In this document: positions 8,913 to 18,812 of the stretch, piece after piece
Layout: each line of letters begins with the position of its first letter
How positions within the stretch are numbered: position 1 is the first letter of the stretch
Position numbers and translations under genes: made by a program
The notes under the pieces: model-generated
Databases searched by the model: none
What the model was told of the DNA's origin: nothing
Seen by the model: the letters and a program-made list of their open reading frames with translations, nothing else
Source: Opitutaceae bacterium
GTDB lineage: Bacteria > Verrucomicrobiota > Verrucomicrobiia > Opitutales > Opitutaceae
NCBI GenBank assembly: GCA_025352845.1
Contig: JANXSC010000341.1
Coordinates: forward strand, 1 to 51,073
Direction: 5' to 3'
DNA length: 51,073 nt

Positions 8913-11459
8913 GCGGAAAATTTCGCTCGCGACCACCTGTTCGAGCAGATCGCGGAACCGATAGTCGCCCGCCTTCGCCGCCGCGAGAATCCGATCCACC
9001 GCCGGCCGGTCCAGCGCCTCGATCCGCCGGCCGCACGCGTAGGTGAGCAGCCGCTCCGTCAGCATCCGCGCAAATTGATCCTTCCGGCCGGCGAGGATTT
9101 TTTTCAACTCCGCGAGATCCGCGAACCGCTGCCCGCCCGGCAGCTCGCCCGCGGTGTCAATCGCCCCGCCCTTCTCGTAGCGCGTGCGCAGCGCGCCAAT
9201 CGGATCGAAGCTCTCCAGCGCGAAACCCAGCGGATCGATCTTCCGGTGGCACTCGTAGCACGCCGGATTGTCGCGGTGCTTGGCGAGAATCTCGCGCATC
9301 GACTTCGCCCCGCGGATATCCGGATCGATCGGCGGCACGTTGTCGGGTGGCGGCGCAGGCGGCGTGCCGAGGATATTTTCCAGCACCCACACGCCGCGCG
9401 TCACAGGTGAGGTCTCGATACCGTTGGCGCTCACGGTCAGCACGCTCCCCTGTCCGAGCAAACCGCCGCGCAACGGCGTGTTGAATTTGATTCGTTGAAA
9501 CTCGTGGCCGCTCTCGCCCGGCACGGCGCTTTCCATCCCGTAGAGCCGCGCGAGCGGGCGATTGGCGAACGTGTAGTCCGCATCGAGAAAGCGCGCGATG
9601 CACTCGTTGCGGTCGATGAGATCACGCGTGAAGAGCTGCGTCTCGCGCTTCATCGCGGGTTGGAGATTCTGCGCGTAGTAGCGCGTGAACGTGCTGCGCT
9701 CCGGCGCCATGTCGCCGAGGCTCCGCAGATTCAGCCATGCATCGAGGAACCCCGTGATAAATGCTTCCGCGCGCGGGCTCGCCAGCAAGCGCCTCACCTG
9801 CGCGCGAAGCACCTCGGGCTTCGCTAGCTCGCCGCTGTCCGCGAGCCGGCGCAGTTCGGCGTCGGGTGTCGTGGACCAGAAAAAAAACGATAGCCGCGCC
9901 GCCAGCGCGTGCGGCGAGAGAGCGCGGTCGTTCGTCGGCGCGCCCTCGGGCTCGACGAGGTAGAGAAAAGCCGGCGAGCACAGCGCCGCCTTGAGTCCAT
10001 CCTTCAGCGCGTCGAACGCGCTCTTCCCCTGCTGCCGCCGGCCCTCGACCACCTGCATCAGCCGCTCCACTTCGTCGGCGCGCGCGGGACGCCGATAGGC
10101 ACGCGTGGCAAAATTTTCTAGAATCCCCCGCGTGCGCTCCGGCGCAAAGGGCTCCCCACCGAGCACCGTCTTCGCACCGGCCATCGGCCACGCGTCGAAG
10201 AACGGCCCGTGGATTTCCACCTCGTGAATCCGGATTTGCGGGATCTGGCCGTGCTGCAAAACGGCGAAGCGATGGGCAACGATGCCCGTCGCGCCGCGGA
10301 TCTCCGCCGGAAACAGTTTGTTGTATGTCCGCATCACCCGGGCATACGCGTTGCGCACGCTCAGCATCCCGTTGGGAAACGTGAAGCGCGGTGCGAACCC
10401 CTGGTCCAGCCACACGCGAAACGTGTGCCACTCCGGTTCGTCGTCCTTCAAAATCGCCTCGCCGAGCTGCGGCTCGATCGGCTGCGGCAGGTGCAATGCG
10501 CCCGCCTTCGCGTTGCCCGCCACCACGCCGAGGCGCAACGGCATCGAAAGATCCGTGCCAAAGAAACTGGGATCGTAGGGATTCCGGCGAAACTTCGCCT
10601 CGGCCTTCACGCGCACCTCGTAGAAACCGTCGGACGGCACGCCTTGCGTGAAGTTCAGCAATGGCCCGTAGGCCCCCTCGTGCTTGTCGGACAGCGTCGT
10701 TTCATAGAGGGCTAGGAAACGAAATCCGTTGGCCTCGCGATGCTGGCGCAGCTCGGGCTGCTGGCGAAAATCATCTGTGAACCGCCACGTTTGCTCGCGC
10801 GGGCGCTCCGTCTGCGCGAACGCTTTCTCGACGACCTGATCCGCCGCGTCGAGGTATTGCGCGAGCAGGTAGCCGGAGGTGCGCAACGTGTCGCCAAGGT
10901 TGTCCATGTGCAGCGCGGTCTGATCGCGCGGAAACCTCGTGGTCGGATCGAACATCAGCAGGTTGATCCCAAAAAGATCGCCGACGGTGTTGAGGTATTC
11001 GCGGCGGTTCAGCCGGCGGAGCACCGTCTGCCCGCCCGTGCTCGCCAGCCGCGCCTGTCCCTCGGCCACGAGCTGCGTAAGCCTGGCCACGACCTCGCGC
11101 ACGTCGCGGACATCGGGCTGCTTCTCCTTCGCCGGCGGCATCTCGCCAAGGTTCAGCTGATCGATGATGTCCTGCAGCTCGATCAGGGTGCCGGGTTTCT
11201 CGACGGACGCGGGCAACGTGTCGAAGCGCCGGTCGGCTTTTTGTTTCTCCGGGCCGTGGCACTTCACGCAGTAGGCCGTGAAAAATTCGCGCGCGGGATG
11301 GGGCGGCAGCTCGGCGGCGGACACGCCCGGCGCGAACAACGACACGAGGAACGCGAGCCAAGGCAAAGACGCCCGGTTGTAGAACCGGCCGTTGGCCGGT
11401 TGAGCCCGGCCAGCGGCCGGGCCTACATCACAAAAGATCCCCCGCATGGCCACGCTCAC
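8904..11459 (-). CDS. DUF1592/1588/1587/1595/1585 (PSD/PSCyt3) planctomycete-type cytochrome c protein
   Basis: Heme motifs CVKCH and CYECH; LRRLNRREY, LCSPAFLY, LAARLSFFFWS, TSPVTRGVWV, IDPLGFALESFD. The GTG start overlaps the upstream TGA; ATG 11447 is an alternative start. Confidence 0.9.
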   Translation of the reverse strand: MSVAMRGIFCDVGPAAGRAQPANGRFYNRASLPWLAFLVSLFAPGVSAAELPPHPAREFFTAYCVKCHGPEKQKADRRFDTLPASVEKPGTLIELQDIIDQLNLGEMPPAKEKQPDVRDVREVVARLTQLVAEGQARLASTGGQTVLRRLNRREYLNTVGDLFGINLLMFDPTTRFPRDQTALHMDNLGDTLRTSGYLLAQYLDAADQVVEKAFAQTERPREQTWRFTDDFRQQPELRQHREANGFRFLALYETTLSDKHEGAYGPLLNFTQGVPSDGFYEVRVKAEAKFRRNPYDPSFFGTDLSMPLRLGVVAGNAKAGALHLPQPIEPQLGEAILKDDEPEWHTFRVWLDQGFAPRFTFPNGMLSVRNAYARVMRTYNKLFPAEIRGATGIVAHRFAVLQHGQIPQIRIHEVEIHGPFFDAWPMAGAKTVLGGEPFAPERTRGILENFATRAYRRPARADEVERLMQVVEGRRQQGKSAFDALKDGLKAALCSPAFLYLVEPEGAPTNDRALSPHALAARLSFFFWSTTPDAELRRLADSGELAKPEVLRAQVRRLLASPRAEAFITGFLDAWLNLRSLGDMAPERSTFTRYYAQNLQPAMKRETQLFTRDLIDRNECIARFLDADYTFANRPLARLYGMESAVPGESGHEFQRIKFNTPLRGGLLGQGSVLTVSANGIETSPVTRGVWVLENILGTPPAPPPDNVPPIDPDIRGAKSMREILAKHRDNPACYECHRKIDPLGFALESFDPIGALRTRYEKGGAIDTAGELPGGQRFADLAELKKILAGRKDQFARMLTERLLTYACGRRIEALDRPAVDRILAAAKAGDYRFRDLLEQVVASEIFRSK
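11377..11428. repeat. GTAG REP doublet matching the core of element B, in inverted orientation, inside a CDS
   Basis: The reverse complement reads TGTAGGCCCGGCCGCTGGCCGGGCTCAACCGGCCAACGGCCGGTTCTACAA, one mismatch from 182-232. Confidence 0.9.
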
Positions 11460-12769
11460 GCCAGCTCCAACCCGCGCAGCGTGCCGGTGCTGAGCCCAAA
11501 GCGGCTGCTCTCCACGCCGAAACGCTGGAGCATGCTGAGGTAGAGATTGCAGAGCGGCACACGAGCGGCGCCCTTGGCGGGATACGCGCGGTGCTCGCCG
11601 TGTTTGTAGCCGCCGCCGGCGAAAATCATGGGAAGATTCGTGTTGGTGTGGGCATTGGCGTTGCCCATGCCGCTGCCGAAAAGCACCATCGTGTGGTCGA
11701 GCAGTTTTCCGTCGCCGTCTTCGATCGACTTCAGCTTGGCGATGAAACGTGCGAACTGCTCCATCTGGTATTTCTCCAGTTTCAGGAGTCCGTCGATGTT
11801 CTCCTGCACCTGGCCGTGATGCGAGAGGGCGTGATATTCCTTGCGCAGGCCCAGAGCCGAGGCCTCAAAGCCGCCTGCTATCTCCAGCGTGGCGATGCGC
11901 GTCGAGTCGGTCTGGATCGCGAGCGCGATCAGATCGTAGAGCACGGGCAGATCGGAAACGAAGCCGGTGTTCGGCGGCTCGGGCATGCCGGGCTTGGGCT
12001 TCGGCACATCGGCCCAGCGCCGGCCCAGCTCCATTTGTTTTTCCACGTCGCGCACCGAGGTGAAATATTCGTCGAGTTTTTCCTGGTCGCGCTTGCCGAG
12101 GCGGCGGTTGAGCGATTTGGCGTCGCCGTTCACCGCATCGAGAATCGAGCCCTGCAACGCAAACCGATCCGCAGAGCGCGCGCGGTCGTCATCGCTGTCG
12201 GTGATAAAAAGTTTTTGGAACAGCTCCCTCGGCCCCGGAATCGGCGGCACGCGCGTGCCGCTGCGGTTCCAGCTCATCATGCAACCGCCGTGCAGCCCAT
12301 CCTCCGAACCGATCGTGAGCGCGGGAAACCGGGTCGCACCACCGATGGTCTCTGCGGCGCGCTGGTCGAGCGTGAGGTTGCCCTCGGGCATGCCCTTCGC
12401 GTCCACCTGCTGGACGCCGCTCAGGTAGGCGTGAATCGCGAAGTGCCCGCCCTTGATCCCGTGATCGAGGCCGGAGAAGAGCGTGAAATCGTTTCGGTGC
12501 GGTGCCAGCGGCTGCAGGAGCGACGGCAAATCGTAGCCACGGCCGGTGTGTTTCGGGAAAAATTCCGGCTGATAAAACCCAAGCATGTTGCCGACGCAGA
12601 CCATGCGGGTCGGACGCTTCGCGCCGATGGCCGCGCCCGCCTTACCCGCGACACCCAGACCCGCGCCGAGCACGCGCGTCGACAACGACTCGAGCAACGG
12701 CAACGCCATCGACACCCCGGCGGCACGCAGGAAAAAGCGGCGGTTCACGACGTGGGGGGAGGTTGGCAT
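11456..12769 (-). CDS. DUF1552 (HXXSHH) protein, Tat-exported
   Basis: Tat signal VNRRFFLRAAG..ALPLLES, HALSHH motif, LLDHTMVLFGSGM, NLPMIFAGG. Confidence 0.92.
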   Translation of the reverse strand: MPTSPHVVNRRFFLRAAGVSMALPLLESLSTRVLGAGLGVAGKAGAAIGAKRPTRMVCVGNMLGFYQPEFFPKHTGRGYDLPSLLQPLAPHRNDFTLFSGLDHGIKGGHFAIHAYLSGVQQVDAKGMPEGNLTLDQRAAETIGGATRFPALTIGSEDGLHGGCMMSWNRSGTRVPPIPGPRELFQKLFITDSDDDRARSADRFALQGSILDAVNGDAKSLNRRLGKRDQEKLDEYFTSVRDVEKQMELGRRWADVPKPKPGMPEPPNTGFVSDLPVLYDLIALAIQTDSTRIATLEIAGGFEASALGLRKEYHALSHHGQVQENIDGLLKLEKYQMEQFARFIAKLKSIEDGDGKLLDHTMVLFGSGMGNANAHTNTNLPMIFAGGGYKHGEHRAYPAKGAARVPLCNLYLSMLQRFGVESSRFGLSTGTLRGLELA

Positions 12770-13061
12770 GGTGGGATGGTCGCGAGACGTTGCGGAGCGG
12801 ACAGGGTTTCTTTTTTTTCGAGGCCGGAAGAGCGGAGGACCGATTCAGCCGAGCCGCGCGATCAGATCGCGCAGGGTATCGGGTCCGCCGACGTTGCCCC
12901 GAAACACCACGTGGGCCAAGCACGGAAACCGGGTCGCGAGTCCGAGGGTGCAAATCAGCTTTGAGGTTTCTGGCATCCTCGCGGAGCGAGGCTTGATCGT
13001 AGCTCTGTCGCTCCGCGACTGCTCAAACCCTGATTTGCGCCCCGGCCTGAGCCGCCGCGCC

Positions 13062-15362
13062 CTACTGCAGCACCCGGAACATGCTCGTGTAGTCGTCCGT
13101 CCAGAGCGGGATGTTGTTGCGGGCGGCGGTCGGACTCGCGGCGCTGCGCACGGGATGGCGCGCCATGAACTCCTGATTCTTGCTGAGGATCATCCACGTC
13201 GAGGCGTAGAACCACCACGCGCCCTCCTCGTCGTCGTCGCTGCCGTCCTCGCTCTCGATTTGGTAAGCGGGGAAGCCGAAGGCGCGCGCGGCGTTTTCCA
13301 CCACGGGGCGCAAGTCGAGGTAGCGGTTGGAAATATTTATGAGGATAACGCCGTCGGGTTTCAGGTGGCGCTCGTAAATCTCGAAGGCCTCCTTCGTGAG
13401 CAGATGCACGGGCACGGCATCGCTGCTGAACGCGTCCATGATCAGGAAGTCGAGATTCTGCGGTGCCTCGCGCTCCATCGAGAGGCGGCCGTCGCCCATC
13501 ACGATGTCGATCTTCGCTTCGCTGGTCGCGAGGTAGCTGAAGGGTTTTTCCGCGACGCGCTTCACCTCGGGATCGATTTCGTAGATGCGGAGGTAGTCGC
13601 CGGGTTTACCGTAAGCGGCGATGGTGCCGACGCCGAGGCCGAGGAGACCGATGCGTTGGTTTTGCTGCCGCGGGAAATTGCGCAGCGCCAGGCTCAGCCC
13701 GCTGCGCGGCCCGAAATACGAGGTGATCATCCGCGCGCGGCCGGGGTCGGCAAACTGGATGCCGTGGGTGATCCGGCCGTGCTGCAAGAGATAGTAGTGC
13801 GAGTTGGGGTCTTCCTTGCTGTATTCCTGCACGGAGAGCACGCCGTAGAAATTGCGCACGCTCACCAGATTGCCGCTTGAGGTGTCGTGGATGTGCATGC
13901 CGAGCACGACGCCGAGCCCGGCCAAGCCTGCCCCGAGCAAGACGCAAGTGACGCGGTGCCAGTCGGCGGGCTGCGCGCTGCGGCGTCGGAGAAAAATGAG
14001 ACCCGCCACCACGAGGCCGGCGAGCAGCCACCACGGCCAGTGTCCGCCGACGAACAGGGCCGCGTTCCAATAGCGGTCCGCCACATCATGCGTCATGACG
14101 CCGTGGCGCAGCGCCCAGGCGACGCCGCGATCGAGGGCCTTGTCCGCGCCGTAGAGGCCGGCGAGCGTGAGCAGCGCGCCGAGGATTTGCCAGCGGCGCG
14201 CGCTGAGCGCGTCCTTCCCGCGCCACGTAATCACGAGCAGGAGCACCACGAGCAGCGCGAGGCTGAGGTGGAACTCATAGAAATTGTTGAACACCGCCGG
14301 CGCGACGAGCGCGACGAACAGCCCGCCCACCGCGCCGCCCGCCGCGATCATCAGGTAGAACGACGTGAGGTGCCGCGGGTCCGGCTTCAGCCGGTAGAGT
14401 TCGCCATGGCAAACCATGCAGCCGACGAAGAGCGTCGCCGAATAGATCACCACCTGCCGCACGATCGGCATATCGGTGCCCTCGAAGAGGGCGTAGCACA
14501 CCGCCACCATCGCGCCGATGAGAAGCAGCGTAAACCAGAAGCGGGAATACCAGCGCGGGCTGTCGAAACTGATGATGAACGTAAGCAGATACAGCGCGAG
14601 CGGCAGCACCCAGAGAAACGGGATGACCGCCACGTCCTGGCACATCTTGTTCGTCACCGCGAGGAGCAGCACCGAGGCGCACGCCGGCAGGCCGAGCCAG
14701 AAGAGGCGTTGCAATGCCGTCGGACGCGCGGACGCCGCGTCCGCCAAGTCAGTCGCCGTCGGCGCGGGCGTTTCCACTTCGGGCTGCCGCCACACGCGCC
14801 ACGCGCAAAATCCCGCGCACAGCGCATAGACGACAAGTCCCCACGACCAGAAGCGCGCCTGCTGTAAGCGCGTGAAATTCGTCTCGAAATAAAACGGGTA
14901 GCTAATCAGCGCGAGCAGCGAGCCGACATTCGACAGCGCATAGAGCCGGTAGGGCGAGACGCCGGGTGCGGTCCGGCGAAACCATTCCTGCATCAGCGGA
15001 CCCGTCGCGGAGAGCACGAGATACGGCAACCCGAGGCTCACCGTGAGCAGCGCCAGAATCTGCCACGCGGGATTACCGTCAGCCGTGGGCTTCCACGCAT
15101 CGCTCGGCGTGATCGGCAGCGAGGCGAGCGCCGCGATCAGCAACACGAAATGCACGAGCGCCTGCGTGCGCGGTTTCAGGTTCCGGCTGACGGTGTGCGC
15201 ATACGCGTAGCCACCGAGCAGCAGCATCTGAAAAAAAAGCATGCACGTCGTCCACACGCCCGGCCCGCCGCCGAACCACGGCAAAATGTATTTGCCGACG
15301 AGCGGCTGGACCTGAAACAGGAGAAAGGCTCCGGTGAAAATCGTGAGGGCAAAAGCGATCAT
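13062..15362 (-). CDS. multi-pass membrane protein fused to spermidine-synthase-like SAM-dependent domain
   Basis: AFLLFQVQPLVGKYILPWFGG and PYRLYALSNVGS in the membrane part; GLGVGT, YEIDPEV, GDGR, MDAFSSDAVPVHLLT and WTDDY in the C-terminal domain. Confidence 0.88.
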   Translation of the reverse strand: MIAFALTIFTGAFLLFQVQPLVGKYILPWFGGGPGVWTTCMLFFQMLLLGGYAYAHTVSRNLKPRTQALVHFVLLIAALASLPITPSDAWKPTADGNPAWQILALLTVSLGLPYLVLSATGPLMQEWFRRTAPGVSPYRLYALSNVGSLLALISYPFYFETNFTRLQQARFWSWGLVVYALCAGFCAWRVWRQPEVETPAPTATDLADAASARPTALQRLFWLGLPACASVLLLAVTNKMCQDVAVIPFLWVLPLALYLLTFIISFDSPRWYSRFWFTLLLIGAMVAVCYALFEGTDMPIVRQVVIYSATLFVGCMVCHGELYRLKPDPRHLTSFYLMIAAGGAVGGLFVALVAPAVFNNFYEFHLSLALLVVLLLVITWRGKDALSARRWQILGALLTLAGLYGADKALDRGVAWALRHGVMTHDVADRYWNAALFVGGHWPWWLLAGLVVAGLIFLRRRSAQPADWHRVTCVLLGAGLAGLGVVLGMHIHDTSSGNLVSVRNFYGVLSVQEYSKEDPNSHYYLLQHGRITHGIQFADPGRARMITSYFGPRSGLSLALRNFPRQQNQRIGLLGLGVGTIAAYGKPGDYLRIYEIDPEVKRVAEKPFSYLATSEAKIDIVMGDGRLSMEREAPQNLDFLIMDAFSSDAVPVHLLTKEAFEIYERHLKPDGVILINISNRYLDLRPVVENAARAFGFPAYQIESEDGSDDDEEGAWWFYASTWMILSKNQEFMARHPVRSAASPTAARNNIPLWTDDYTSMFRVLQ

Positions 15363-15578
15363 GAAAGGGGATGGTCAACATGCGCGGTGGTGCTCGCCAC
15401 TTGAAGCACAAAGGCGTCGGTGCCTACGCCGGCGAGCCGACTTTGAAAAACGACTTTGGCAACCGCCCCGCAGCACAATCATGTTGGATTCGGTTCGTCG
15501 GGTGCCTACGCGGAAGCACGTAGGCTCGCACCCGGATGCAGATTGCAGTTTGGAAACGCCCGCCCCCAGCTCCCATCC

Positions 15579-16487
15579 ATGCGCCTCCTGCCTGTCCTGC
15601 TGCTCACGTTCAACGCACTCGCCTTACCTGTCACGGCCAAGCCCCTTATTGGCGGCCCCAAGACGATCGCGGTCGACGCCAGCGGCACCGTGTCTGAAAC
15701 CGTAGCCTCCCCCATGATGGGCCAGGGCAGCTACGCCAAGGGTGCAACGAAAGTCGCTGTGCCGCTGATCGCCGTGGCGTTTGAAACCTCGGCGCAAGCC
15801 CGCATCAGCAGCGCCAGCCGGGAAACCACCACCACCAAGAACCTGGATCTGCGGCTGGCCGTGGACGACGCCGTGCTCAAGGGTATCGCCGCCGAGCTCC
15901 AGGCCATCGTCGAAAAAGATCTCGCCGCACAGGGTTTCGATATCCTGCCCAAGGAATCGATCGACACGGAGGCCCGCTGGCTCGGGATCGCAAAGGACGG
16001 CAAGGTGGGCGAGGACGTGAAGGACAACTTCATGTCGGGTTTCATGGGTAACGGCAGCATGAACCGTTGGTTCACGGCGGGCGATCGCCCGCTTTTCGGG
16101 ACTGGCGCGACCGGCGCACTCAGCGAGCTTTCTCCCCTGATCCGCACGGCGCGCGAACGCAAAATCTCCCTGCTCTTTTACCGATTTAAGGTGCAGTTCA
16201 CCGATCTCGAGGGGAAGAACGCCCTCGTGTTCACGTATGTGAAGGGGAAAAATGTCCTCCGCATGGTGAGCGCCGATGTCGCCGTGTTCACGCCCGAGCA
16301 CACGCTCGGCGGGATGATCAAGCTCACCGCCAATCTCACCGCGGGATCGGATTTTGTGCAGGAGCTGCAGGGCACGCCGGGACGTTACAAGGTCATCGCC
16401 GATCCGGCGAGGTTCAAGGCCGACAGCCTACTCCTGATTCAAGTGACATCCAAACAGTTTGCCCAGGCTCTCCGCAAAGCGCAGTAA
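15579..16487 (+). CDS. hypothetical secreted protein
   Basis: Signal peptide MRLLPVLLLTFNALALPVTA, protein-like composition and codon pattern; no family recognised. Confidence 0.75.
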   Translation: MRLLPVLLLTFNALALPVTAKPLIGGPKTIAVDASGTVSETVASPMMGQGSYAKGATKVAVPLIAVAFETSAQARISSASRETTTTKNLDLRLAVDDAVLKGIAAELQAIVEKDLAAQGFDILPKESIDTEARWLGIAKDGKVGEDVKDNFMSGFMGNGSMNRWFTAGDRPLFGTGATGALSELSPLIRTARERKISLLFYRFKVQFTDLEGKNALVFTYVKGKNVLRMVSADVAVFTPEHTLGGMIKLTANLTAGSDFVQELQGTPGRYKVIADPARFKADSLLLIQVTSKQFAQALRKAQ

Positions 16488-16495
16488 GCCTCTCC

Positions 16496-16520
16496 GCCGC
16501 GCCGTCACTTGCGGCTTTTT
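16496..16520 (+). terminator. possible weak intrinsic terminator
   Basis: GCCGC-10 nt-GCGGC followed by TTTTT, just after the 16487 stop. Confidence 0.35.
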
Positions 16521-16660
16521 CCAACTCGATTGATTTACTGGCGGCCCAACCGCGTGCGCCGCACATCGTGCGCTGTGGTGCTGTCCTATTCCCCGCGCGG
16601 CGACTTGAACGCACCGCTTGCGCGCCACGACCGCGCTTCATAATCAAAGAAAGTCAGCGG

Positions 16661-16876
16661 GTGAGCGGAGCCGAAAATAAAAACGCGCAATCGCTTCCCA
16701 TCTGGCCGCATATCGGCGCGCACCTGCTGCTGTTTCTCGGCGCCGCGACCCTCGGCATGACGCCCAAGCCGCATCTCAGCGAGATGGCGGGCATGATGCA
16801 TATGTTTCTGCCCATCGCCATCGCCGGCATCATCGCGCTCGGCTGCCTCGCGCGTTTTCTGGCGCGGTGGATCTAG
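16661..16876 (+). CDS. small two-helix membrane protein
   Basis: GTG start, 71 aa, two hydrophobic segments (IGAHLLLFLGAATLG; FLPIAIAGIIALGCLA). It fills the gap before the convergent sulfatase. Confidence 0.5.
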   Translation: MSGAENKNAQSLPIWPHIGAHLLLFLGAATLGMTPKPHLSEMAGMMHMFLPIAIAGIIALGCLARFLARWI

Positions 16877-16888
16877 ACCGGAAGCACC

Positions 16889-18793
16889 CTACTGTTTGGC
16901 GGCTTTTCGTTTGGCTCGCTTGGTGTCCGCCGCGGGCGCTGCCTCGGCGCCGAGATCGGCGCGGAGTTTTTCGAGGATGCGCGGGATGTAGGAGTCGTAG
17001 CGCACGTCGGGACTCCGGCCGGTGCCGGGGAGCGCGAGGATCGTGGCGCGGGCGAATGCGATCTTGGCGGTGCCGAGGGATTCGAGGGCGTGAAGCGCGG
17101 CGAGTGCGGTGAAGAGATCGTTTTTGGTCCAGTCGGCGAGGGCGAGGAGCACGGGCAACGCGGCGGCAAGATCAGTGGTGTTGCCGAACTGGCCGAGCGA
17201 TTCGGCGGCGGCAATGCGGACGTAGGGCGAGGTGTCGGCGAGCGTGGAATTCAGCACACCGCGCGACGCGGTTACGACGGCGGCACCTCTCATGCGGATG
17301 CCCATCACGCCCCAATAGCGGACGGCGCTGTCGGAATCGCCGAGCAGTTTCACGAGCGCGGGCGTGGCGTCGGGCTGGAGTGAGGACGCGAGTTCGGCCG
17401 CCGCGAAGATGCGCTCGTAGGGATACTGCGCGTCGTCGTGGCCGAAGTCATAGGGCGCGAGCGCGCCGGCGCGCGTGAGGCGCTCGCCCTCGGGCACGAA
17501 GCCGAGATCGCGGATGCGGCGCGAGTGGGCCTGTTGCGCGGCGCGGAGTTTTCCGAGGGTGGCACGGTGCGCGGGCGACGCGGCGAGGTTGTTCACCTCA
17601 TCGCGGTCGTTTTGCAGATCGTAGAGTTCCTCGGGGGTTTTCGGGGTCTGCCAAAAGATGCTCTGGGCGGGCGTGGTCTTTCCTTCGTCGTAGAGTTTTT
17701 TCCAGACGGCGGTGGTGGGCGTCTTGAATTGCGTGGAGACGTGCTGGCCCTGCGAGAGGTGCGGGAGGTAGTTGCGCAGGTAAACGAAGCGCCCGTCGGT
17801 CACGCTGCGGACGAGGTCGTAGCGCTCGTCCATGCGACCGCGGAAACCGTAAACGTAGGGCTGGGCGGGCGCGATGAACTGGCCGAGAAACGCGTGGCCC
17901 TGCATCCACACGGGCGGCGCGAGGCCGGCGAGGCTGCACATCGTGGGCGCGAAATCGGCGAAGCTCACGAGCCGGTCCGTCGTGCCGCCGTCGCGATAAT
18001 CAGCGGGGCGGAGGTCCTTAAATTTTTCCGGGATATGCACGAGCAACGGCACGTGGAGGCCAGAGTTGGAAGGCCAGCGTTTGCTGCGCGGCATGCCGGA
18101 GCCGTGATCGGCCCAGTAGAACACAATCGTGTCGGAGGCGAGTCCGTCGGCCTCGAGCTGCGCGAGGAGCGCGCCGGCGTCGGCATCGGCGGCGGTGACA
18201 CTGTCGTAGTAGAGCGCCCAGTCGCGGCGCACCTCGGGCGTGTCGGGATGATAGGCGGGCACACGGACCTTCGCGGGATCGTGAATCGGTTTCGCGCCGG
18301 GGCGCACGGTCTGGCTCTCGTGGCTCTTGAGGGAATTGAAGACGGCGAAGAACGGCTGGCCCGCCTTGCGGTTGCGCCAGTGCGCCTGACCGGAGGACTG
18401 ATCCCAAACCTCGCGGGTCTTCGCGAGGTTGTAGTCTTCCTTGGCGTTGTTGCCGGTGTAATAACCGGCCTCGCGCAGGAGCTGCGGGAACATTTTTTGG
18501 CCGGCGGGATACGCGACGAGGCTGCGCATGTGATCGCTGCCGGAAGACGGCGCGTGGATGCCGGATATGATCGTGGTGCGCGTGGGCGCGCAGACCGGCG
18601 CGGCCGCCCACGCGTGCGTGTAGCGCAGCGCGCGCTGCGCGAACTGGTCGATGTTAGGCGTCGTCGCGTAGGTGTCGCCGTAACATCCCATCTGCGTGCC
18701 GTGGTCCTCGCTGGAGATCCAGAGGATGTTGGGGCGGTCGGCGGCGAGGGCTGATACGACGATGAAAGAGGCGGAGAATAGATGACGGAGCAT
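16889..18793 (-). CDS. S1 sulfatase with C-terminal HEAT-like repeats
   Basis: Signal peptide, RPNILWISSED, Cys-type signature CAPTR, WADHG, RGRMDERYD, EELYDLQND; HEAT-like repeats LGDSDSAVRYW and LADTSPYVRIAAA. Confidence 0.93.
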   Translation of the reverse strand: MLRHLFSASFIVVSALAADRPNILWISSEDHGTQMGCYGDTYATTPNIDQFAQRALRYTHAWAAAPVCAPTRTTIISGIHAPSSGSDHMRSLVAYPAGQKMFPQLLREAGYYTGNNAKEDYNLAKTREVWDQSSGQAHWRNRKAGQPFFAVFNSLKSHESQTVRPGAKPIHDPAKVRVPAYHPDTPEVRRDWALYYDSVTAADADAGALLAQLEADGLASDTIVFYWADHGSGMPRSKRWPSNSGLHVPLLVHIPEKFKDLRPADYRDGGTTDRLVSFADFAPTMCSLAGLAPPVWMQGHAFLGQFIAPAQPYVYGFRGRMDERYDLVRSVTDGRFVYLRNYLPHLSQGQHVSTQFKTPTTAVWKKLYDEGKTTPAQSIFWQTPKTPEELYDLQNDRDEVNNLAASPAHRATLGKLRAAQQAHSRRIRDLGFVPEGERLTRAGALAPYDFGHDDAQYPYERIFAAAELASSLQPDATPALVKLLGDSDSAVRYWGVMGIRMRGAAVVTASRGVLNSTLADTSPYVRIAAAESLGQFGNTTDLAAALPVLLALADWTKNDLFTALAALHALESLGTAKIAFARATILALPGTGRSPDVRYDSYIPRILEKLRADLGAEAAPAADTKRAKRKAAKQ

Positions 18794-18812
18794 AGGCGGA
18801 AAAATGTCCGGC

